The notes beneath the pieces are model-generated. The model saw only the letters and a program-made list of their open reading frames with translations, searched no databases and had not been told where the DNA came from. Positions 56,683 to 64,000 of a stretch of DNA of 64,000 nt are shown piece by piece; position 1 is the first letter of the stretch; each line of letters opens with the position of its first letter. The DNA comes from a candidate division WOR-3 bacterium (GTDB lineage: Bacteria; Hydrothermota; Tepidihabitantia; SM23-42). A program made the position numbers and the translations under genes. Location: the NCBI GenBank assembly GCA_020349965.1, contig CP070705.1:545934-609933 (forward strand), read 5' to 3'.

Positions 56683-57726
56683 ATGAAGACGGTCGATTTA
56701 CGGAGTGATACTGTGACATTGCCGACAGAAGAAATGCTCGAGGCAATGTCTGGTGCGCCGCTGGGCGATGATGTCTTTGGAGAAGATCCAACGATCAATG
56801 AGTTGCAACACATCGCCGCCAAATTAACCGGAAAAGATGCGGCGCTGCTCGTGAGCAGCGGAACGATGGGTAATCTGGTGTGCGTATTGACTCATTGCCG
56901 CCGGGGTGAGGAAGTTGTACTTGGCGACAAATCGCACATGTTCCTCAACGAATGCGGGAGTATGTCGAGTGTTGGCGGTGTGCATCCGCACACGGTCTTC
57001 AACCAGCCAGACGGCACCATATCGCTTGGAGATATTGAAGGCGCGATTCGAGGTGTTAACGATCACTGGCCGCGCACGCGGCTGGTCTGCCTCGAGAACA
57101 CGCACAACCGCTGTTATGGTGCTCCTCTGACTCCTGAATACATGGCATCTGTCAAGGATCTCGCAGGGCAGCGCAGTCTCAAGGTCCACCTCGACGGTGC
57201 GCGTATATTCAATGCCGTCGTTGCGTTGGATGTCGATATGAAGGACTTAACAAAGCATGTTGATTCACTATCATTCTGTCTATCAAAGGGCCTGTCGGCT
57301 CCTGTCGGATCAGTCGTTTGCGGTTCACATGAGTTCATTGCGGAAGCCCGGCGAAACCGCAAATTACTGGGCGGCGGCATGCGCCAGGCCGGTATAATCG
57401 CGGCACCTGGTATTGTGGCCCTCGGACGGATGGTCGACCGCATTGCCGATGACCACAAGAATGCCCGGCGCCTGGCCAAAGGCATTGCGCAGATTCCTGG
57501 GTTGTCGATAGATCTAAGTACTGTGTACACGAACATAGTGTATTTCGATGTCGACATTAAAAGGATCACGACCGACGCATTGAAGGCAATGCTCGACAGA
57601 AAAGGGATCAGGGCTTTGCCGACCGGTCCGACCCGTTTCCGAATGGTTACCCACTACGGAATTACCGAGGAGGATATTGACCTCACCATATCAGTGCTCA
57701 ACGATGTTATGAAAGGAGTAGGATGA
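56683..57726 (+). CDS. ltaE: Low-specificity L-threonine aldolase
   Basis: 'DLRSDTVTLPTEEMLEAM...GDDVFGEDPTINELQ' N-terminus and a PLP-fold size of 347 aa. Confidence 0.8.
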   Translation: MKTVDLRSDTVTLPTEEMLEAMSGAPLGDDVFGEDPTINELQHIAAKLTGKDAALLVSSGTMGNLVCVLTHCRRGEEVVLGDKSHMFLNECGSMSSVGGVHPHTVFNQPDGTISLGDIEGAIRGVNDHWPRTRLVCLENTHNRCYGAPLTPEYMASVKDLAGQRSLKVHLDGARIFNAVVALDVDMKDLTKHVDSLSFCLSKGLSAPVGSVVCGSHEFIAEARRNRKLLGGGMRQAGIIAAPGIVALGRMVDRIADDHKNARRLAKGIAQIPGLSIDLSTVYTNIVYFDVDIKRITTDALKAMLDRKGIRALPTGPTRFRMVTHYGITEEDIDLTISVLNDVMKGVG

Positions 57727-57727
57727 A

Positions 57728-58102
57728 ATGGCTGGCACACTTTTCTTATACCTTGGTTCTGGTTTGATAATAATCTGGGGCATTGCCCATTTAATGCCAA
57801 CAAGGTCTATCGTGAAGGGCTTTGGCGTTATTTCCAAAGAAAATACTTTGATCATAACGATGGACTGGATCGCCGAAGGAATGACCATGATCTTCATAGG
57901 TTTACTGATTTTATGCGTAACCTTGATATCGGGATCCGCGAATATCGGGTCCGTGGTCGTTTACAGACTTTGCTTCGGGATGTTGGTTTTACTTGCGATT
58001 TTGTCGTTCTTCACGGGTGCGAGAACTTCGATTTTGCCGATGAAGATCTGTCCGTTCGTAAAATTACTTGTCGCGGCATCTCTTATCCCGAACATGGTGT
58101 GA
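57728..58102 (+). CDS. Hypothetical membrane protein
   Basis: 4-TM small protein; its start overlaps the ltaE stop. Confidence 0.3.
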   Translation: MAGTLFLYLGSGLIIIWGIAHLMPTRSIVKGFGVISKENTLIITMDWIAEGMTMIFIGLLILCVTLISGSANIGSVVVYRLCFGMLVLLAILSFFTGARTSILPMKICPFVKLLVAASLIPNMV

Positions 58103-58134
58103 TTTGAGTTGAACGAAATACGAACGAATATAAC

Positions 58135-58752
58135 GTGAATAGTTTGATTCTAAGCCTGATGATTTCTTTCACTGTAGATGTTGGGTCAAGCAACGGGCTC
58201 TATCGCGCGGCTGTTCAGTATGGTGGTGGGTCGGAACTGATCACCAGCTCTCTTACACTATATGATGCTTACGACAATGTTGTTTATGTGAAGAACAATA
58301 TTATCATGAACACGTTCTACGTCTGCGATAACGGCAACGTCTTTGCTTTGAATGAGCATCGCCTTTGTTTTTATCGCATGGACGGCAGCGAGATGCTTTT
58401 GCAGGAGCTTTCATATCCCAATGGATTCGGTTTCTCACCGGACAATGCTGTCTTCTTCGCATCGGACAAAGAAGGGTTGTTTGCCTACTCAGACGAGGGT
58501 AGTTTGACGGGCAAATACCGACCGGGAAGACTGTTCGCGAGCACCAGTGGCGGTGGGGCAGTCGCCATCATCTCGGCCGATACGCTCTTCGTTTACCGGA
58601 GTGGTGGTCTTGTTGATCGGCAATTCCTTTCTTCTCCGTATGTGCACGATGTTTGCTTTTCCGATGATGGAGCGTCTATCGTGATCCGTTTGCCGGGCGA
58701 TATCAGAGCGATATATGATACGCACCGTCGCGAATGGGTGGAGCAGAAATGA
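58135..58752 (+). CDS. Hypothetical protein upstream of and overlapping the M23 peptidase gene
   Basis: ORF only; no motif. Confidence 0.25.
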   Translation: MNSLILSLMISFTVDVGSSNGLYRAAVQYGGGSELITSSLTLYDAYDNVVYVKNNIIMNTFYVCDNGNVFALNEHRLCFYRMDGSEMLLQELSYPNGFGFSPDNAVFFASDKEGLFAYSDEGSLTGKYRPGRLFASTSGGGAVAIISADTLFVYRSGGLVDRQFLSSPYVHDVCFSDDGASIVIRLPGDIRAIYDTHRREWVEQK

Positions 58753-59963
58753 TCGTTCTGTTCATTGTGACGACGGGTTGGCCCCTCGCGCCAGTTGACG
58801 TAACCCAGCCTCTCGGCAACAATTGGGGTGAATATCAGAATTATGGAGGCTCTCCTTACCTTCATCCAGGTGTCGATGTTATGGCCGATACCGTACACCG
58901 GCCGGTCTACGCAGTACAATCCGGGGTCGTGAAAGCGTGGCTTACCATTTCCGGAGATTATCACTGGCGTCTGGCAATTGCCGACTATGAGACGAACGAT
59001 TCGGTTGAAGCCTGGCTTTATGCCCACATTGATCCTTATCAGTTTCATAAGAATATTGGCGATACAGTGGCTGAGGGCGAACTCATCGGTTATCTTGTCT
59101 GGTGGCCCGTAGCAGGTTTTGACCATCTACATTTTGCGCGCATCAAGGATGAAGGATCGGTATGGCAATATGGTGATTGGGCATTCATAAAGAACCCGTT
59201 GACAATCATTGCTCCATATGATGACACGACCAAGCCTATTTTTGAGAACAGCTATAACAATGATAAATTTGCTTTTTGCCAGAATAACACAAGCAATTAT
59301 TTGCCGTCTCAAAGCCTTCACGGCAGTGTTGATATCATTGCCAAGATATTTGATGATACAGGGCTGCCTCTATCCAATCCAGTGTGGGAGCGACTCATTC
59401 CATACAAGATAGAATATGAGATACATGGGGCGGAGAACGCGCCCGTCAGTCTGTCTTTCATCTTCCATGGCATTTTAGAGCACACAAACAATGTCGATGT
59501 CATCTACAAGGATGATGGCGTGTGCAATACTGAGGGAGATTACGGCTCCCGCGAATATTATTTCATCGTCACCAATACCGATGGCGATAGCCTTATCGAA
59601 AGCACGGACGCCGCCCATGCTTGGGAAACTGACGACTTCCCTGATGGTGATTACTATGTCATCGTTACGGCTTTTGATGCTGCAGGAAATTCTCAGCGAG
59701 ATAGTATGCTCGTAACGGTGGCGAATGTCGGCGTTCAGGAGCATGAGGCACAGACCGAATCGTATTGGCTGATAGTGTCACCCAATCCCAGCAGCGGATT
59801 GATCGCAATTGAGACGGAAAGAATGGTGAAGATAATAGATGCTAGTGGCAGAGTTGCAGCTTCCGGGTCTGGCGGGTCATATGTACTTGCTCCAGGGGTT
59901 TATTTCGTCGTCCTTGAGGGAGATGATTCATTGATCTCCCGGAAGATTGTTGTCGTGAGGTAA
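58734..59963 (+). CDS. M23-family (LytM/lysostaphin-like) metallopeptidase with T9SS C-terminal sorting domain
   Basis: 'YLHPGVDV' (HxxxD) and 'FDHLHFARI' (HxH) zinc motifs. C-terminal 'IIDASGRVAASG...GVYFVVLEGDD...RKIVVVR' CTD. Confidence 0.65.
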   Translation: MGGAEMIVLFIVTTGWPLAPVDVTQPLGNNWGEYQNYGGSPYLHPGVDVMADTVHRPVYAVQSGVVKAWLTISGDYHWRLAIADYETNDSVEAWLYAHIDPYQFHKNIGDTVAEGELIGYLVWWPVAGFDHLHFARIKDEGSVWQYGDWAFIKNPLTIIAPYDDTTKPIFENSYNNDKFAFCQNNTSNYLPSQSLHGSVDIIAKIFDDTGLPLSNPVWERLIPYKIEYEIHGAENAPVSLSFIFHGILEHTNNVDVIYKDDGVCNTEGDYGSREYYFIVTNTDGDSLIESTDAAHAWETDDFPDGDYYVIVTAFDAAGNSQRDSMLVTVANVGVQEHEAQTESYWLIVSPNPSSGLIAIETERMVKIIDASGRVAASGSGGSYVLAPGVYFVVLEGDDSLISRKIVVVR

Positions 59964-60017
59964 ACGTGTGTCTGATTGACACTAGGGTGCAACTCACCGA
60001 AGATTGAGAGGATCGGT

Positions 60018-60719
60018 ATGTGTGGAAGATTCGTCAGGAAGAGCACGATAACCATCATCGAAGACGAGTTCGATATCTATGAAGTCCAATGGGCGTTTGA
60101 GCCCAGTTACAATATTGCGCCCAGTCAGGATGTTGCCTGCGTGATAGGGAACGGCGGAAACCGGTTGGTTAAGTTCCGCTGGGGATTAGTGCCCTTTTGG
60201 GCGGATGACCCGTCGATAGGGTACAAGATGATCAATGCGCGATCTGAGACGCTCGCCCAGAAAAGAAGCTTTGCGCGGGCTTTCAGAACGCAGCGTTGCC
60301 TGGTCGTCGCCGATGGTTTCTACGAGTGGCGTAGACTCGCAGACGGCAAAAGAAAGATGCCGATGTATATCCACTTGCGTGAAGACCGTCCGTTCGGTTT
60401 TGCCGGCCTCTATGAAAACTGGAAAGGAAAGGATGGAACAATCCTGCAGACCTGTACGATCATAACTACCCCTCCCAATGAACTGATGGCATCGATTCAC
60501 AACCGTATGCCGGCAATCATTACCTTGGAACAGCGCAATATATGGCTGAATAGGGAGATCGATGACCCCGAATTACTCATGCCCCTGCTCGCCCCATACC
60601 CGGCAAAAGGAATGGAGGCCTACGAAGTATCAAAGAAGATCAATTCACCGTCGTATAATGAACCTGATTGTATAAACCCGGCGAGTGAAGAAGATGGGCA
60701 ACAGTTGGGCTTTCTGTAA
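60018..60719 (+). CDS. SOS-response-associated peptidase (SRAP/YedK, abasic-site processing protein)
   Basis: 'MCGRF' with Cys2 as nucleophile, and 'SYNIAPSQ...RWGLVPFWA' SRAP motifs. Confidence 0.8.
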   Translation: MCGRFVRKSTITIIEDEFDIYEVQWAFEPSYNIAPSQDVACVIGNGGNRLVKFRWGLVPFWADDPSIGYKMINARSETLAQKRSFARAFRTQRCLVVADGFYEWRRLADGKRKMPMYIHLREDRPFGFAGLYENWKGKDGTILQTCTIITTPPNELMASIHNRMPAIITLEQRNIWLNREIDDPELLMPLLAPYPAKGMEAYEVSKKINSPSYNEPDCINPASEEDGQQLGFL

Positions 60720-60901
60720 GCAGGATATCCCGAATGCAAATAAAGAATCATAACGGCTATGACTCATTAGGAGGCATGAGCAATCTGATTGGTGAAACTT
60801 TTCTTCGATCATTTGCGTAATATTCATGAGGGATGAATGATTTCTGAGGACTCTCATATGATATTGTCTAACGATATCTCATTTTGTGATAAAAATGGAG
60901 G

Positions 60902-62773
60902 ATGACAATGAAGAAATCTAGCTTGACGGCAGTATTATGCGTGATGGCGATTTTACAGGTGTTCTCTCGAGCCCAGGATGAGCCTAAGAAGAGGATTGAG
61001 GGTGTCGATGATCTGCCGCGTCATACCTACAAGGTTGAGGGAACCGTGACCGAACTCTACAACGACCAGGATGCGTTCCGCTCGTTTAGGAAGCTTGTAC
61101 GCGCAGATATTGAAAACGACCTGGCCGTATACGAGATCGAGGATAGGACTACGCTGCGTGGCTATTACAATGTGCTCCTTTTGCTTGATGTGATGGATGC
61201 TGATTACGAAAATGCGTTGGAGAAGATCCATAGGATACGAGAGCTGCATGACAAACAGGCACGCCGGCTCACAAGCGGGATAGTTACGGAAAGCGTGCTC
61301 AGGACGTATATCGAAGCCGGTCCTGACAGGATGTTCGACAAAGAACTCTTTGTTCGCATTCTTTCAAAGGCGGTCGACACCTTGCCTTGGGATATCGTTC
61401 AGGAGAGCATTGAACAATTGAAGGGCAGGATGGATTTGCTAAGCGAGAATTTCATACTCAGCATAATTCAGGGGCAGTTCGATCCGGTTGTTGAAAGAGC
61501 CGGGCATATCAGTAATGACATTGCCGAGCGTTTGATCTCGCTACGTTTCATTCGTGATTTTCAACTACCTTTGAAGGAAGAGATCATTTTGGTATTCGAG
61601 GAATACATTGCAGCGAATCAATATGAGAAGGAAGACATATGGCAGGAACGTAATGTCATACTGTCTGAAAAGGATGATCTTCGTCCGGTCATAATTGCCA
61701 TATGGGATACAGGCATTGATACGGCAGTTTTCCCGGATCGGCTCTATGTCAATCCAGGTGAGGAGGTCAATGGCATAGATGATGATCTGAATGGATTCAT
61801 AGATGATGTGAATGGTATTGCATACGATGTGCAAGAGGAAAAGACAACTGAAATACTGTATCCGCTCGGTGATGCCGAGGAACGTTTGCCTGAATTGAAG
61901 AAATCTATCAAGGGATTCATGGATATCCAGACTGCAATCGAGAGCCCTGAGGCAGCTGCCCTCAAGAGCAGGTTGGCGGAAATGCAACCGGAAGAATTGA
62001 AGCTGATGCTTGAGGATATGACGCGTATGGCTTTGTATGCACACGGCACGCACGTCGCCGGTATCGCAGTGGAAGGCAATCCATTGGCACTCATAATGGT
62101 TGTCCGCTTCACCATTGATTATCACACGATCCCCATGGCGCCAACAATCGAACTTTCAACGAAGATGGCTCGGGTATACAGAGAGACAATTGAATACATG
62201 AAGACACATGGGGTCCGTGTGGTAAATATGAGTTGGGGTGGTGCCGTGCGAGATACGGAGCGAGACCTGGAGGCAAATGGCATTGGTGAAACAGCAGAAG
62301 AACGAGCACGCATGGCCCGGGAAATGTTCGATATAGAGAAGCGTGCCCTCTATGAAGCGATGAAGAACGCACCGGAGATACTATTTGTCAATGCAGCGGG
62401 GAATGATAACGACGATGTCGCCTTTGAGGATCATTATCCGGCGGCATTTGATCTACCCAATTTGCTGGTGGTGGGCGCTGTCGATAAGGCAGGTGACGTG
62501 ACTTCCTTCACAAGTTTCGGTAAGACGGTGGACGTTTATGCAAACGGCTACGAAGTCGAAAGCTACCTGCCTGGCGGAGACAGGCTTGCTGCGTCCGGAA
62601 CATCTGCCTCGTCGCCGATGGCAGTCAATCTGGCGGCAAAATTGCTCGCCCTCGATCCTTCTTTAGAACCGTCAGAGGTGATCGAACTAATACATACCGG
62701 AGCCGATCCCAATAGTGAAGGATTACTGCTTATCAACCCGAAACGTTCGGTGCAACTGCTCGGTTCGCGCTAG
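60902..62773 (+). CDS. Secreted S8-family (subtilisin-like) serine peptidase with long N-terminal domain
   Basis: Signal peptide, then 'IAIWDTGID' (Asp), 'HGTHVAGIA' (His) and 'GTSASSPMAV' (Ser). Confidence 0.75.
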   Translation: MTMKKSSLTAVLCVMAILQVFSRAQDEPKKRIEGVDDLPRHTYKVEGTVTELYNDQDAFRSFRKLVRADIENDLAVYEIEDRTTLRGYYNVLLLLDVMDADYENALEKIHRIRELHDKQARRLTSGIVTESVLRTYIEAGPDRMFDKELFVRILSKAVDTLPWDIVQESIEQLKGRMDLLSENFILSIIQGQFDPVVERAGHISNDIAERLISLRFIRDFQLPLKEEIILVFEEYIAANQYEKEDIWQERNVILSEKDDLRPVIIAIWDTGIDTAVFPDRLYVNPGEEVNGIDDDLNGFIDDVNGIAYDVQEEKTTEILYPLGDAEERLPELKKSIKGFMDIQTAIESPEAAALKSRLAEMQPEELKLMLEDMTRMALYAHGTHVAGIAVEGNPLALIMVVRFTIDYHTIPMAPTIELSTKMARVYRETIEYMKTHGVRVVNMSWGGAVRDTERDLEANGIGETAEERARMAREMFDIEKRALYEAMKNAPEILFVNAAGNDNDDVAFEDHYPAAFDLPNLLVVGAVDKAGDVTSFTSFGKTVDVYANGYEVESYLPGGDRLAASGTSASSPMAVNLAAKLLALDPSLEPSEVIELIHTGADPNSEGLLLINPKRSVQLLGSR

Positions 62774-62841
62774 AAGGGTGAAATTCGTGTTCGCTTGGAC
62801 GAAGTGCCAGGGATCCGGTTCGGTGCTTTGAGAAGCGATTC

Positions 62842-63633
62842 CTATAGCAAATTTTCGATTATTCCGATTATCCTATCGGAGAGTTTAGGTTCGTAACCGA
62901 TCAATACGCTGCGTACCAACCCATTCTTATCGATGATGATGAAGGTCGGATAACTTGTGATGTCGAATTTTTTAATGAGATTACGCCCCCTGATGTTGAC
63001 ATAAGGAGGATTGGTTCTTTCGATCACGAATAACGCATCGGCCTGTTCCCGATCGGTATTGACTCCGAGGACCGACACCGGTTTGTCCTTGAAATATCGG
63101 GCTACTTCTTCGATCATCGGCATTGACCTTATGCACCAGGGGCATGCACGGTACCAGAAGTCGAGCAACACTATCCTGCCCTTCTTATCTTCAGACGAAT
63201 GTTGTTGCCCTGAGAAATCCTCAGCACGCCACTTTGGCGCCGGTTTGTTAACTATCTTTGCTCTATTGGTTATCTGCTCGGTCAAGTCTTCAAAATCATC
63301 GGGCAATGAAACGATGCGTTCATTGAGCTGGTTTCTGATGTCAGCCGTCGTGATCTGCGTCCTTAGCCGGTCGTATAGTTTCCCGGCCTCCTGACGCAGC
63401 GGAATCAGCTGTGCAGGGTTGGTTTCTATCTCATAGATTATTTCACTGTATTGCGAGTCGGCCGTCAGTAAAGCCGCCAGGTCGCGTGCGAATCGCGAAG
63501 CCTGTAGTGTGTCAAGGTCGACTATTGAATCCAGAATAGCTGTTGTCGTTCCTTTGCCTGCATAGTAGCCGTAACCGCGCGTGCTTGTTCGTTTCATATA
63601 TACAGGAATAGCCTTCAATAGATCAATATACAC
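62842..63633 (-). CDS. TlpA/ResA-like thiol-disulfide oxidoreductase (thioredoxin fold) with N-terminal extension
   Basis: 'VLLDFWYRACPWCIRSMP' WCxxC redoxin motif. The N-terminal ~130 aa are unassigned, and the true start may lie upstream. Confidence 0.6.
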   Translation of the reverse strand: MYIDLLKAIPVYMKRTSTRGYGYYAGKGTTTAILDSIVDLDTLQASRFARDLAALLTADSQYSEIIYEIETNPAQLIPLRQEAGKLYDRLRTQITTADIRNQLNERIVSLPDDFEDLTEQITNRAKIVNKPAPKWRAEDFSGQQHSSEDKKGRIVLLDFWYRACPWCIRSMPMIEEVARYFKDKPVSVLGVNTDREQADALFVIERTNPPYVNIRGRNLIKKFDITSYPTFIIIDKNGLVRSVLIGYEPKLSDRIIGIIENLL

Positions 63634-64000
63634 CTCGGCTTCTTCACCAAGAAGAAGGATCGCGTCTAACGGTGTTTGGTGGTCGACCCGTACGATCCAT
63701 GATCGTTCTTCAGTGGCCGGTTTGCTTGCTGTGTAGCGATCCTTCTCACCGAATACATGATCAGCATACTCCCAAGCAAGGGAGGTTTGCGAAAAGTCAT
63801 TCGGGAGCGGGATGAAGATATTCGGTAGGTAGAGATCGAAACGGGAAAGGTTATCGACTGACCGATTGCGTTCAAATCTTCCGGTTGGAAGAAAATCACA
63901 GAATCCCCAAGATGACTTGGCCGGTAGTTCTTCCTTTGTGCCTTTGCTATCGACATTGACCGAACTCTCGCTATTGTGTAGCAGTATCTGCCAACTGCGA

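Noticed and set aside
60740-60800. 14-codon ORF after an AGGAGG (MSNLIGETFLRSFA)
   Set aside because: The RBS-to-ATG spacing is only 1 nt and no promoter is evident. It is probably chance.
63637-64000. Minus-strand coding potential at the window edge (track ORF 63666-63956)
   Set aside because: It may be the N-terminal extension of the TlpA-like gene, or an adjacent gene running off the window. The frame relationship is unclear and no motif is recognisable, so no call is made.

Overview
This 64 kb window reads as a gene-dense bacterial chromosomal segment of roughly 48% GC, almost all of it coding and on both strands. I found no rRNA, tRNA or CRISPR array. Four secreted proteins end in similar Por/T9SS-type C-terminal sorting domains, so the organism is probably an FCB-group or candidate-phylum anaerobe; that taxonomic call is inference from the sequence alone.

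Main content:
- A secreted and exported protease set: C25-like, M28, M23, S8 and S41 peptidases, plus a beta-propeller protein.
- Two class-B (B12-binding) radical SAM enzymes.
- Three isoprenylcysteine carboxyl methyltransferase (ICMT)-family membrane methyltransferases.
- Three CspA-family cold-shock paralogs, each with a consensus sigma70 promoter, a conserved ~95-nt 5' UTR and a strong hairpin terminator.
- A large TPR–CHAT protein.
- A Mg2+ transport neighbourhood (MgtC, a PhoU/TrkA-C regulator, a transporter with tandem MgtE domains).
- A redox and detoxification assortment (OYE, Isf-like flavoprotein, AKR with Fe-S, MsrAB, SDR, TlpA-like) and an ECF sigma/anti-sigma pair.
- An IS200-like Y1 transposase gene bounded by 27-bp terminal inverted repeats.

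The most unusual locus is a four-gene operon at about 43.3–47.0 kb: an MttB-superfamily methyltransferase, a standalone MetH-type AdoMet activation domain, a corrinoid protein and a standalone homocysteine S-methyltransferase domain. Together these look like a 'split' cobalamin-dependent methionine synthase in which the methyl-THF module is replaced by a methylamine/quaternary-amine methyltransferase.

A second item of interest is a promoter- and RBS-equipped 48-codon arginine-rich repeat ORF at 27856–28002 that the ORF track missed because of its 60-aa cut-off.
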